Source: an uncultured Chloroflexia bacterium (GTDB taxonomy: Bacteria > Chloroflexota > Chloroflexia > QHBQ01 > JAICKM01). Taken from it: a stretch of 64,000 nucleotides of DNA. The stretch covers positions 2,395,513-2,459,512 of the forward strand of contig CAWARZ010000002.1 of NCBI GenBank assembly GCA_963784695.1, in the 5' to 3' direction. The position numbers were made by a program, and so were the translations under genes. Under the pieces are notes generated by a model, which was given only the letters and a program-made list of their open reading frames with translations, did no database searches and was not told where the DNA came from. Shown here piece by piece: positions 27,363-36,732 of this stretch; the first letter of the stretch is position 1; the number at the start of each line of letters is the position of its first letter.

Positions 27363-29133
27363 TTAGCTCCCGCGCTTCCGGCGCTTGCCGCTCTCGCCCT
27401 TGTGGCCTTGCAGCCGGTAGAGCTCGAGGATTTCGCCGACGGTCGTCGCGTCTTCCGGCTGCTTCTCGCGCGCGTGCAGGATGCGCGGGAACCGCAGCGC
27501 ATAGCCCGGCCCGCCGTCGGCACCGGCCGGGTGCATGGGGCTGCGCGTCACCTCGTCGGCCTGGATCTCGTACACGTGCCGCGGCGTCACCCAGACGTCG
27601 GGCGTGAGTTGGCTCACCACGCGCGCGTCGGCGTGCGGGATCGCCTCCCCGGCCAGCGTCTGGCCCAGCGCCATCCAGTCCTGGTTGCTTAGCCCGCTCG
27701 CGCACCGGGTGATCGTCGGGAAGCTATTCTGGTCGGGGTCATAGACCGCGCACAGTAGCGAGCCGATGCCCCACGACGCCCGTGCCCCCCGGCCGTAGTA
27801 GTAGCCCACGACCACCACGTCCACCGTGTCGGTCATCTCCGACTTCTGGTACGACCGCTTCAGCTTGATCCAGTTGAAGTCGCGCTTGCCCGCCTGGTAC
27901 GGCCCGCTCAGCTTCTTCGCGACGATGCCTTCCAGCCCCTCGTGAGTTGAGTCGTCGTAGAACAGGGCCATCTCCTCCGGGTCCTCGGTGAACAGCGCGT
28001 CGGTCACGCGCAGCCCCAGCCCCGGCGTGACCAGGCTTTCCAGCAGGGCCCGCCGCTCCTCGTAGGGCCGCGGCGTCAGGTCGTCGCCGTTGGCGTACAG
28101 CAGATCGAAGGCCACCAGCCGCAGCGGCAGCTTTTCGCTCATCGCGTCGATGTCGTGGATCCGGCGTCGTTTGGTCGTCTCCTGGAAGGGGTAATACTTC
28201 CCCGACTCGACGTTGTAGGCCATCGCCTCGCCTTCGAGGATCACCTGATCGGCCGCCACGTCGCTGCGCACCGCGTTCGCGATCTCCGGGAACATGCCGG
28301 TCATGTTCTCCAGCCCGCGCGAGAAGATGGTCACCGCCTGGCCGTCCTTGTGTACCTGGCAGCGGAACCCATCGTACTTCGGCTCGACCGAGCAGCGCCC
28401 CAGCCGCTGCAGGATGTCCTCCACGCTGTCCGCGCGCTCGGCCAGCGCCATGCGCACCGGATTCCCCACCCGCACCGCAATGCTGCGCCAGGCCCTCCGG
28501 CCCCTCCCGGTACAGCGTCTCGGCCACCAGCCCCAGGTCGCTCGACAGGTTGTAGGCCCGCTCCAGCGGCGGCCGCAGCGACTTATCGCCTGCCTGCGAC
28601 AGCGACAGCGCGTCGAGCACGGTCGGGTCGCCGATGCCGACACGCAGGCGGCCGCAGACGATGCGCGTGATGTGCTTCGCGCCCAGTGGGCTGACCGCGC
28701 ACAACAGGTCGGCCAGGATCGTGATCTTGCGCTCCGTGCTGCCCGACCCGCTCGCCGCCGCGAGGTCGCTCAGCGCCTGGTACACCTGCAGCAAGGTCAG
28801 CGCCGTGTCCGGCGCGCCCCGGCCCGCGCGCTGCAGGCACTCCACGGCCACCAGCCCGGCGTCGCCCCGTTCGGCCAGGCGCGCCTGCGTTTCCTCAATC
28901 GGGCAGCCCGCCGCCTGCGCGACCACGCGCATCGCCAGCTTCTCGTTGACCCCGAACTCGTTCTGCCGGTACTCCGGCGCCAGGCGGCCCTGGATCAGGT
29001 AGCCCAGCGGTGCGATCTCCTCGGCCGACGCCTGCCCCAGCAGTTCCGCGAGCCTGTTGGTCATCTGGATGCGCCCCGTGATCGGCTCAAGCTCTTCGAG
29101 CGTCTGGGCGACGGTTTCGAACAATAGTGGCAT
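27363..29133 (-). pseudogene. lig: ATP-dependent DNA ligase (three-domain Lig1/archaeal-like type); one frame change
   Basis: The N-terminal DNA-binding domain lies in ORF 27739..29133 (MPLLFETVAQTLEELEPITGRIQMTNRLAELL...LYREGPEGLA). The adenylation and OB domains lie in ORF 27363..28643 (SIAVRVGNPVRMALAE..VEPKYDGFRCQVH..EGEAMAY..EGIVAKK..WIKLK). The junction is near 28482-28490. Total length is 1 mod 3. Confidence 0.85.
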
Positions 29134-29162
29134 CGTGCGCTCCTGTGGCGTGGGTTACGCGC

Positions 29163-29191
29163 ATTATACCAGACGCGGCGGACCCTGCCTA
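29163..29191 (-). promoter_or_regulatory. Candidate ligase-operon promoter
   Basis: On the minus strand: TAGGCA, 17-nt spacer, TATAAT (29163-29168), then the AGGAGC SD and ATG 29133. Confidence 0.35.
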
Positions 29192-29194
29192 CTC

Positions 29195-29224
29195 TTGCCG
29201 CGCCCCGCGCGGGCGTGCTATAGT
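29195..29224 (+). promoter_or_regulatory. Candidate promoter for the FAH/DinB pair
   Basis: TTGCCG (29195-29200), 18-nt spacer, TATAGT (29219-29224), about 70 nt upstream of ATG 29296. Confidence 0.3.
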
Positions 29225-29295
29225 GGAGCCGCCGTCTGTACGCCCCCGCGGCGCCCTGGCCGGACGCCGCCCTCAGCACAAGGATGTGACTGCTT

Positions 29296-30273
29296 ATGCG
29301 CCTGGTGACCTATCTCGCGCCCGGGGCCGAGGCCGCCCCCGGCTTCGTCCTCCCCGACGGGACGGTGATCGATCTGGCCCGCGCCCTGGCCTGGGCCGGC
29401 ACGCCCGGCCCCGCCCTGGGCAGCCTCATCGCGCTGCTGCAGTCCGGGCCGGACGCCCTAGCCGCGGTCGGCACCGCCGCCGCGCGGCTGGCCGACGCCC
29501 CCGCCGCGCAGCGCGCCACGCTCGCCGCCCCGCAGGGCACACGCCTGCTCGCGCCCCTGCCTCGCCCCTACAACATGCGCGACTTCTACGCGTTCGAGGA
29601 GCATGTCCGCGCCGCCCGCAAGCTGCGCGGCCTCGACATGATCCCCGAGTGGTACGAGATCCCCGTCTTCTACTTCACGAACCCCGACGCCGTGATCGGC
29701 CCCGACGACCCCGTGACCGCGCCCCGCGACTCGACCGACCTCGACTTCGAGCTCGAGATCGCCGCCGTCATCGGCCGGGAGGGCCGCGACATCCCCGCCG
29801 AGGCGGCGACGGACTACATCGCGGGCTACACGATCATGAACGACTGGAGCTCGCGCGACATCTGGCGGCGCTGGGAGGCCAAGCTGTCGATGGGCCCGGC
29901 CAAGGCGAAGGACTTCGCCACCACCCTCGGCCCCTGGCTGGTCACCCCCGACGAGCTCGAGGACCGCCGCGAGGGCACCGGCGCCGACACGCGCTACCGC
30001 CTCGAGATGACCGCGCGCGTCAACGGCCGCGAGTACAGCCGCGGCAACGCCGCCTCGCTCACCTACAGCTTCGCCCAGATGATCGCCTGGGCCAGCCGCG
30101 ACGCCTGGCTCCGCCCCGGCGACGTGCTCGGCTCGGGCACCGTCGGCACCGGCTGCATCCTCGAGCTCGGCCCGCAGAACGTCGGCGGCTGGCTCAAGCC
30201 GGGCGATGTGGTCGAGCTGGAGATCGAGCGCCTCGGCACGCTCCGCAACCCCGTCGTGGAGCGCCCGGCATGA
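29296..30273 (+). CDS. Fumarylacetoacetate hydrolase (FAH) family protein
   Basis: MRLVTYL..GFVLPDGTVIDL is the N-terminal SH3-like part. FELEIAAVIGREGRDI.., GYTIMNDWSSRD and GDVLGSGTVGTGC are FAH-fold motifs. Confidence 0.85.
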   Translation: MRLVTYLAPGAEAAPGFVLPDGTVIDLARALAWAGTPGPALGSLIALLQSGPDALAAVGTAAARLADAPAAQRATLAAPQGTRLLAPLPRPYNMRDFYAFEEHVRAARKLRGLDMIPEWYEIPVFYFTNPDAVIGPDDPVTAPRDSTDLDFELEIAAVIGREGRDIPAEAATDYIAGYTIMNDWSSRDIWRRWEAKLSMGPAKAKDFATTLGPWLVTPDELEDRREGTGADTRYRLEMTARVNGREYSRGNAASLTYSFAQMIAWASRDAWLRPGDVLGSGTVGTGCILELGPQNVGGWLKPGDVVELEIERLGTLRNPVVERPA

Positions 30274-30806
30274 CCGCCCCGGAAGGGGCCGGCGCCCCCG
30301 CCGCCGATGCGCCGCTCAGCCGCGAGCTCCTGATCACCCTATATGACCACTTCACCTGGGCGCGGAACCGCCTGCTCGACGCCGCCGCCGGCCTCACGCC
30401 CGAGCAGTTGCACGCCCCGGCCATCGGCGCCTACGGTCCGCTCCATGACACCTTCGCCCACATGGCCGCCTCCCAGTGGATGTGGCTGGAGCGTGTCGCC
30501 GGGAGCTCGCCGCTGCAGGTCCCCGGCGGGGCAGCCTTCGCCGATCTGACCGCCTTGCGCGCCTGGTGGGACACCGCGCATGCCGGCACCATGGCCTATC
30601 TGGCCACCGCGACGCCCGCCGAGCTCACCCGCGAGATCCACTACACGAACGCCGAGGGGCGGCAGTTCCACCGCCTCGTCTGGCACGCCCTGCTCCACGT
30701 CGCCATCCATCAGGCCGAGCACCGCGCCCAGATCGCCGCCCAGCTGAGCGCGCTCGGCGTCGAGCCGCCGCCCACCGACCTCGTCCGCTTCCTCCCCGCC
30801 GAATAG
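30270..30806 (+). CDS. DinB-family (DinB_2) four-helix-bundle metalloprotein
   Basis: ATGA overlap with the FAH stop. LYDHFTWARNRLLDAAAGLTPEQL..LHDTFAHMAASQWMW..LLHVAIHQAEHRAQI fits the DinB His triad layout. Confidence 0.8.
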   Translation: MTAPEGAGAPAADAPLSRELLITLYDHFTWARNRLLDAAAGLTPEQLHAPAIGAYGPLHDTFAHMAASQWMWLERVAGSSPLQVPGGAAFADLTALRAWWDTAHAGTMAYLATATPAELTREIHYTNAEGRQFHRLVWHALLHVAIHQAEHRAQIAAQLSALGVEPPPTDLVRFLPAE

Positions 30807-30811
30807 CACAC

Positions 30812-30841
30812 GGCCCCCCGGGACCCATGTCCCGGGGGGCC
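30812..30841. terminator. Perfect 12-bp hairpin between convergent genes (bidirectional terminator candidate)
   Basis: ggccccccggga (30812-30823), cccatg loop, tcccggggggcc (30830-30841). There is no U tail on either side. Confidence 0.45.
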
Positions 30842-30875
30842 GTCGCGGGCGGCACCGCCGCGCTGCGGCCGGAGA

Positions 30876-32030
30876 CTACGCCCGGCGGGCGGCCGCGTCC
30901 GCGAAGCTCTCGGCGGCCGTGGTCGCCGTCGGCGCCCAGCTCCACACGAACTTCACCTTCAGGCTCCGCTCGATCAGCTTCATGATCGCCAGATCCTGCA
31001 CCACCACGAGCGAGATCGCCGTGCCGTCTTTCTGCGCCCTGGCCGTCCGCCCGACGCGGTGCACGTAGTCGTCAACCGTCTGCGGGGCGTCATAGTTGAT
31101 CACGTGCGACACGTCGAGGATGTCGAGCCCGCGCGCCGCCACGTCGGTTGCCACCAGGATCGGCGTCTCGCCGGCCTTGAACGCTTCCAGCGCCTCCAGC
31201 CGGTCGCTCAGCGACAAGTCGCCGTGCAGCTCCATGCTCGCGATGCCCCGCCCGCGCAGGCTCCGGTACAGATCCGTCGTCTCGCGCTTGGTGCGCACGA
31301 AGATCAGCGCGCGCTGCACGTTGGGCTGCCGCAGCACCCGCAGCAGCGCCGGCAGCTTGTTGCCGTCCGGGATCACCACCACCTCTTGCGCCACCGTCGA
31401 CACGGTGCTGCGCGGCGGGTCGACCGAGGCGGTCACCGGGTCCTGCAGCAGGCGGTTCGTGAGCGGCCGGATGGCCTCGGGCATCGTCGCCGAGAAGAAG
31501 AGCGACTGCCGGTCGTGCGGCAGAAAGCCGATCAGCTGCTGCACGTCGGGCAGGAAGCCCAGGTCGAGCATGCGGTCGACCTCGTCGAGCACGAAGGCTT
31601 GGATGTCGCGCAGGTCCAGCTGGCGGCGGCGGATCAGGTCGAGCAGGCGCCCGGGCGTGCCGATGACCACCTGCGCGCCGTTGTGCAGCGCGTCGATCTG
31701 CCGGCGCATGTCGGCCCCGCCGACCAGCACCGCCGTGCGCACGTTCAGCTGTTCGCCATAGCGGCGGATCTCTTCGTCGACCTGATAGGCCAGCTCGCGC
31801 GTCGGCACGACCACGAGCGTGTGCAGCCGATCCGCGGCGGCGATGCGGTCGAGCAGCGGCAGCGCGTAGGCCGCCGTCTTGCCCGAGCCGGTCTGGGCAT
31901 TGCCCAGCACATCCCGGCCCTCCAGCACCGCCGGGATCACCCGCTCCTGAATGGGCGTCGGCGTGATATGCTCACGCGCGGCAATCCCGGCCTGGAGGGC
32001 CGGGCTAAAAGGGTAATCGGTAAAGCGCAA
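30876..32030 (-). CDS. DEAD-box ATP-dependent RNA helicase (core only)
   Basis: Q motif TPTPIQ, AQTGSGKT, PTRELA, DEVD (DEAD variant), SAT and HRVGRTAR. TTG start at 32030 as in the track. Confidence 0.9.
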   Translation of the reverse strand: MRFTDYPFSPALQAGIAAREHITPTPIQERVIPAVLEGRDVLGNAQTGSGKTAAYALPLLDRIAAADRLHTLVVVPTRELAYQVDEEIRRYGEQLNVRTAVLVGGADMRRQIDALHNGAQVVIGTPGRLLDLIRRRQLDLRDIQAFVLDEVDRMLDLGFLPDVQQLIGFLPHDRQSLFFSATMPEAIRPLTNRLLQDPVTASVDPPRSTVSTVAQEVVVIPDGNKLPALLRVLRQPNVQRALIFVRTKRETTDLYRSLRGRGIASMELHGDLSLSDRLEALEAFKAGETPILVATDVAARGLDILDVSHVINYDAPQTVDDYVHRVGRTARAQKDGTAISLVVVQDLAIMKLIERSLKVKFVWSWAPTATTAAESFADAAARRA

Positions 32031-32315
32031 GAACGTGTTTCCTTTCTGCGCGCGGCCGCCGGGTTCCGGCGGGAATCCGCGCTGTGCGGGGGGCGGCCAC
32101 TGGCCGCCGTCTGCGGGCCTGGTTCTTGTGCTCTACCGGCCCGCGCCTAAACAACAATCCACCCCAACGCCGCTGAGCACCAGAATGCGGTGCCGGCGTG
32201 GGGCAGGGCGCTTGAGGCAGGTCGTCGGGGTAAACAACTCTCGCGTGCGCTGGCGCGCCTGAAGGGGGTAATCCCGCGGAACTTCGCTTCCCACCTGCTC
32301 ATATGTCACAGGTTG

Positions 32316-32344
32316 AGTATACCCGAATCAGCCCCATTCCGCAA
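32316..32344 (-). promoter_or_regulatory. Candidate promoter giving a roughly 280-nt leader for the DEAD-box helicase
   Basis: On the minus strand: TTGCGG (32339-32344), 17-nt spacer, TATACT (32316-32321). Confidence 0.35.
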
Positions 32345-32379
32345 GGCCCCCACCGCCCCAGTTTTGCGCCCCCTCCTCG

Positions 32380-32700
32380 CGGGTAGGGGCAGCCCCACGT
32401 CACGTGGCTGCCCGGCCCCCTCACAATCCCGCCCAGGGCAAGCCGGCCGCGTCTGTAGGAGGGGGCTCAGCCCCGCGACCCCGCCGCCTCACCGCCCGGC
32501 CCCGAATCGAGCCGGGATGTGGGGCAAACGTCTGTGGGAGCCGGCTCCGTCCGGCGAGGCCGCCTCACCGCCCCGCCCCAAAGAAGCCGCCCGCGTCTGT
32601 GGGAGCCGGCTCCGTCCGGCGAGGCCGCCGCCCCGATCGGCCTGAAGGAAGCCGGCATGGTCCGTAGGAGGTGGCGCAGCCCGGCGACAAACGCCGCCCC
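32380..32700. repeat. Cluster of five REP-like GC-rich palindromic units
   Basis: Units start near 32383, 32450, 32529, 32594 and 32659. cgtctgtgggagccggctccgtccggcgaggccgcc is repeated exactly at 32529-32564 and 32594-32629. The last three units have a 65-bp period. Each unit contains an internal palindrome (for example ggagccggctcc, ggggctcagcccc). Confidence 0.8.
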
Positions 32701-32820
32701 AAGATTCCCGCCCGATCCCCGCCGCGAGGCCGGGGCGGGGGCGGGCGAGCCCGCCGCGACCGGCTTGGCGCGAATCCCCGCCTCATGGGTCGCCCGGCCA
32801 GCCCAAGGCTGCCCACCTCC

Positions 32821-32872
32821 CCCCTGTCATCCTGAACCGCAGGTGAAGGATCTCCATCTCCGCGATGCCCGC
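32821..32872 (+). repeat. Dispersed repeat family 1, copy 4
   Basis: ccccTGTCATCCTGAACCGCAGGTGAAGGATCTCCATCTCCGCGATGCCCGCG. Confidence 0.8.
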
Positions 32873-33210
32873 GCAAGCCACGCGGTCCCGCGCCGCGCGC
32901 CGTCCCGGCCACCGGGCCGCTCCGCCCGGCGCGCCCTGCCCCACGGAGCCCATGCCCGCCGGTACCCGAGGGCAAGGGGGCGCGCCGAGGCGCCCAACTC
33001 CCGTCGCCGGCTCAGTCTCCCGCCCCCATTCCCGGTGGCCCAACCGCCGCCCGGCAACGGCCCCGATACCACTGGCCTGTCCCACCATGTCCCAGAGGCA
33101 CCTACGCGCAATTGCTACTAACGTTAGCATCAATTACGGAGAGACGTCTCGAGTCCACCAGGCCGGACCGCCCCTCCGACGCCTGCCCCGCCGCCAAATC
33201 CCGGAAAATG

Positions 33211-33240
33211 GGACATTCTGCGACATTCTGGGACATTCGC
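33211..33240 (+). promoter_or_regulatory. Three tandem 10-bp repeats upstream of the tRNA-Glu promoter
   Basis: gggacattct gcgacattct gggacattcg, one helical turn apart, ending 39 bp upstream of the -35 box. Confidence 0.4.
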
Positions 33241-33278
33241 CCCGCCCCCGCCGGCCTCCAAGCCCCGCCCATCCGCGC

Positions 33279-33307
33279 TTGACAGCCGCTCCCGGAGATG
33301 GTAGAAT
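33279..33307 (+). promoter_or_regulatory. Candidate tRNA-Glu promoter
   Basis: TTGACA (33279-33284), 17-nt spacer, TAGAAT (33302-33307), about 35 nt before the tRNA 5' end. Confidence 0.55.
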
Positions 33308-33342
33308 AGCCCCAGAATAACTGGTGCACCCCTGCACTGCAT

Positions 33343-33416
33343 GGCGCATTCGTCTAGCGGCCCAGGACGCAGCCCTCTCAAGGCTGAGATCGGGGGTTCG
33401 AATCCCCCATGCGCTA
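33343..33416 (+). tRNA. tRNA-Glu (anticodon CTC)
   Basis: GGCGCATTCGTCTAGCGGCCCAGGACGCAGCCCTCTCAAGGCTGAGATCGGGGGTTCGAATCCCCCATGCGCTA folds as a cloverleaf by hand (G1-U72 wobble). Confidence 0.9.
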
Positions 33417-33422
33417 CCCCGA

Positions 33423-33449
33423 GGCCCCGCGAAAGCGGGGCCTTCTGTG
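33423..33449 (+). terminator. Hairpin terminator after tRNA-Glu
   Basis: ggccccgc, gaaa loop, gcggggcc (8-bp stem, GNRA loop), followed by TTCTGTGTG. Confidence 0.5.
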
Positions 33450-33470
33450 TGAGCATCCGAGGAGGCAGCA

Positions 33471-34991
33471 ATGGCCCAGAGCCCGTCCCCCACCGGCCCG
33501 ACCCCCCGCCCGGGCGAGACCCAGGCAACCGTGACCCTGACCGGCACCTGGACGCCTGCCGAGGTGGCCGAGGCGCCCTACCGCTACCTGCCCGTCGCCG
33601 TCCCCGCCCACACCCGCCGCATCGACGTCGCCTACGCGGTCACCCCGTGCGACCCCGCCCAGCCCGGCCCGCCCGTCGTCAGCATCGGCCTGTTCGACCC
33701 GCGCGGCCTGGCCTTCCTGGCGCCCAACGGCTACCGCGGCTGGACCGGCACCCGGCGCTCCCGCTTCTTCGTCGCGCCCGACGACTCGACCCCCGGCTAC
33801 CGACGCGGCCCCCTGCCCGCGGGCACCTGGCACGTCATGCTCGACGCCGAGGAGGTCACCCCGGCGGGCAGCGCCTACACGGTCACCGTCACGTGCACCG
33901 TCGCCGCCGACGCGGCCGGCGTCCCGGCGCCCGTGCCCTATCCGCGCTACGACCCCGGCGTGCTGCGCCGCGAGGCCCGCTGGTACCGCGGCAACCTGCA
34001 CGCCCACACGTTCCACAGCGACGGCGACCACTCCGTCGCCGAGATGGCTGCCGAGCACCGCCGCTGGGGCCTCGACTTCGGCGCCATGACCGACCACAAC
34101 CTCGTCAACCCCGAACTGGCCCTCGGCGCCGCGCCCGACTTCCTCTGGATCCCCGGCGAGGAGGTCACCACGCAGTGGGGCCACCTGAACGTCTGGGGCC
34201 TCGACCCGAACGACCCCAACTCCGTCGTGGACTTCCGCTGCACCGACCTGGCCGGCATGGAGCGCATCATCGCCGCGGCCCGTGCCCGCGGCGCCCTCAC
34301 CAGCATCAACCACCCCAAGGAAGACGGCCCCGACTGGCGCTTCGGCGCCTTCCCCGACACCGACGCCTTCGAGGCCTGGCAGGCGCCCTGGTTCCTGTCG
34401 AACTACGTGACGCTCGGCCTCTGGGAGGATCTGCTCCGCGCCGGCCGCCGCCCCACCGCCGTCGGCGGCAGCGACCTGCACACCATCAACTCGCCGGAGC
34501 ATCCCTATCCCTACCTGATCGGCAACCCGACGACCTGGGTCTATGCCGAGGCGCTGTCGATCCCCGCCATTCTCGCCGGCATCCAAGCCGGGCACGTCTT
34601 CATCTCGGCCGCGCCGGACGGCCCGCAGGTGCGGCTAACCGCCCGCGACCCGCACGGCACCGCCCTGCCCGGCGACACCTTGCTGCTCCACGAAGGCGAG
34701 CCCGCGCTCGTGCGCGCCGAGGTACGGGACGGCGGCGGGCGCCTGCTCCGCTTCGTCGGCCCGGCGGGCGTCGTGGCCAGCCGCCTCGTCGTCGGCGACC
34801 ACACGGTCGTCGAGTACCAGGTGCGCGACAGCTTCGCCGCCCCCGCCTACCTCTACGCGCAGCTGATCGTGCCGCCCGATCCCGACGAGGATCTCGAGGC
34901 CGAACCGGGCGCCCTCTGGCTCGACGCCATGACCAACCCGGTCTTTTTCCGCCCGGCGGCACTGGAGCCCCGGGCCCCAGCGGAGGCCTGA
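33471..34991 (+). CDS. PHP-domain metallohydrolase (CehA/McbA-like) with an N-terminal beta-rich domain
   Basis: ATG follows GAGGAGG. GNLHAHTFHSDGDHS, AMTDHN, IPGEEVTT and INHP are PHP metal-binding motifs. Confidence 0.75.
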   Translation: MAQSPSPTGPTPRPGETQATVTLTGTWTPAEVAEAPYRYLPVAVPAHTRRIDVAYAVTPCDPAQPGPPVVSIGLFDPRGLAFLAPNGYRGWTGTRRSRFFVAPDDSTPGYRRGPLPAGTWHVMLDAEEVTPAGSAYTVTVTCTVAADAAGVPAPVPYPRYDPGVLRREARWYRGNLHAHTFHSDGDHSVAEMAAEHRRWGLDFGAMTDHNLVNPELALGAAPDFLWIPGEEVTTQWGHLNVWGLDPNDPNSVVDFRCTDLAGMERIIAAARARGALTSINHPKEDGPDWRFGAFPDTDAFEAWQAPWFLSNYVTLGLWEDLLRAGRRPTAVGGSDLHTINSPEHPYPYLIGNPTTWVYAEALSIPAILAGIQAGHVFISAAPDGPQVRLTARDPHGTALPGDTLLLHEGEPALVRAEVRDGGGRLLRFVGPAGVVASRLVVGDHTVVEYQVRDSFAAPAYLYAQLIVPPDPDEDLEAEPGALWLDAMTNPVFFRPAALEPRAPAEA

Positions 34992-34994
34992 GCC

Positions 34995-36704
34995 GTGGAG
35001 AGCGGCGCGATTATCGGATCGAGCACGGTGACCCTCTTCTGGATGCTGGTCGCGGTGGTGGCCGTTGCGCTCATCACCAAGCGCATCCGGCTGCCCTACA
35101 CCGTGGCGCTGGTCATCGCCGGGCTCATCATCGCCATCCTGCCGAACGCGCCGCGCGTCTCGCTCACGCCCGAGCTCATCCTGGCCGTCTTCCTGCCGAC
35201 CCTCGTCTTCGAGGCCGCCTTCAACCTCGACCTCGGCCACCTGCGCGAGACCGTGCGCACCATCACCACGCTGGCCATCCCCGGCGTGCTCGTCACCGCG
35301 GGCATCACCGGCGTGCTCATGCACTACGTGGCCAATCTCGAGTGGCCCGTCGCCTTCCTCTTCGGGGCCATCGTCGCCGCCACCGACCCCGTGTCCGTCG
35401 TCGCCACGTTCAAGCAGCTCGGCGCGCCGAGCCGCCTGAGCACCATCGTGGAAGGCGAGAGCCTGTTCAACGACGGCACGTCGCTCGTCCTCTTCCGGCT
35501 TATCCTCGGCGTGATCATCGCCGGCACGTTCGACCCGCTGACCGGCGTCGGCGAGTTCATTCTGGTCATCGTCGGCGGCCTGGCCATTGGCATCACGGCG
35601 GGCTATCTCGTCTCGCGCCTGATGACGGTCTTCGACGACTACCTGATCGAGACCGTGCTCACCGTCATCCTGGCCTACGGCTCCTACTTCCTGGCCGAGC
35701 AGCTCGGCGTGTCGGGCGTCATCGCGGTCGTCGGCGCCGGGCTCATGGTCGGCAACTACGGCGCGAACGTCAGCTTCTCGCCGACCTCGCTGGTAGCCGT
35801 CGGCCTGTCGTGGGAGTTCTTCGGCTTCGTGGCCAACTCGCTCATCTTCCTCTTCGTGGGTCTGCAGGTCCAGGAGACGGTGCTGGCGGGGAGTGGCGGC
35901 CTGATCATCCTGGCCATCGCCGCCGTGCTGCTGTCGCGCAGCGTCGCCGTCGCGGTGTTCAGCTGGCTGCTGCGTGTCGCCCGCATCGACCGTCCGATCT
36001 CCTGGACCTGGCAGGTCGTGCTCGCCTGGGGCGGGCTGCGCGGCTCGCTCTCGCTGGCGATGGCCCTGTCGCTGCCCTTCTATCTGGGCGGCTCTAACGT
36101 CGCCTTCCCGCACCGCCAGCAAATCCTGGCCATGACCTTCGGGGTCATCCTCTTCACCTTGCTGGTGCAGGGCCTCACCCTCAAGCCGCTGCTCCGGCGC
36201 CTGGGGCTCGTGCGGGCGGATGAAGCGCGGCGCGAGTTCGAGCGCGCCCAAGCCTCGCTGCGCGCCATGCGCACCGCCGTGGCCACGCTGGAGCGCCAGG
36301 TGCGAAGCGGCGCCATGGCCCCCGCCATCGCCGACACCTTGCGCGAGGAGTATCTGACGGGCGAGCAGGCGGTGATGGACGCGCTCCAGGAGATCCACGT
36401 GACCGACGCCGACCTGCGCGAGACCCAGTTGCGTGCCGGGCGCCGGCAGTTGCTGACGGTCGAGAAGGCTGCCCTCCGCCAGCTGTTCGCCGACGGCTCG
36501 ATTGACGAAGAGACCTGGCGCGGTCTGGTCACCGATATCGACACGCGCCTGGCCGACCTCGACGGCCGGGCGATCGCCGATGGGGCCGCCGCGCCCGGCG
36601 GGCCGCTGGCCGTGCCGGGCGTCGTCACCGCTGCCCTCGCGCGCCTGCGCGTTGGCCCGCCCACGCCGCCGCCGTCGCAGGGTCCCGACCGCCCGCCCGG
36701 CTGA
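34995..36704 (+). CDS. Na+/H+ antiporter, CPA1 (NhaP-type), with a cytoplasmic C-terminal domain
   Basis: 12 or so TM segments: LFGAIVAATDPVSVVATFKQLG, ESLFNDGTSLVLF, WGGLRGSLSLAMAL. GTG start. Confidence 0.85.
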   Translation: MESGAIIGSSTVTLFWMLVAVVAVALITKRIRLPYTVALVIAGLIIAILPNAPRVSLTPELILAVFLPTLVFEAAFNLDLGHLRETVRTITTLAIPGVLVTAGITGVLMHYVANLEWPVAFLFGAIVAATDPVSVVATFKQLGAPSRLSTIVEGESLFNDGTSLVLFRLILGVIIAGTFDPLTGVGEFILVIVGGLAIGITAGYLVSRLMTVFDDYLIETVLTVILAYGSYFLAEQLGVSGVIAVVGAGLMVGNYGANVSFSPTSLVAVGLSWEFFGFVANSLIFLFVGLQVQETVLAGSGGLIILAIAAVLLSRSVAVAVFSWLLRVARIDRPISWTWQVVLAWGGLRGSLSLAMALSLPFYLGGSNVAFPHRQQILAMTFGVILFTLLVQGLTLKPLLRRLGLVRADEARREFERAQASLRAMRTAVATLERQVRSGAMAPAIADTLREEYLTGEQAVMDALQEIHVTDADLRETQLRAGRRQLLTVEKAALRQLFADGSIDEETWRGLVTDIDTRLADLDGRAIADGAAAPGGPLAVPGVVTAALARLRVGPPTPPPSQGPDRPPG

Positions 36705-36732
36705 GCCCGCACCTGCCGTCCGGGCTTGGTCC

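Noticed and set aside
26869-27523. Upstream 218 codons of ORF 26546..27523.
   Set aside because: They overlap the SRPBCC gene and the ligase 3' end out of frame, and the translation is Arg/Gly-rich. Only the last 107 codons or so are kept.
32450-32700. CRISPR-like signal: a 36-nt exact repeat with a 65-bp period (29-30-nt spacers).
   Set aside because: There are only two exact copies and three degenerate ones. The spacers are related to each other rather than unique. The repeat units are GC-rich internal palindromes of the REP type. No cas genes are nearby; the only Cas4-like gene is 22 kb away and looks orphan.
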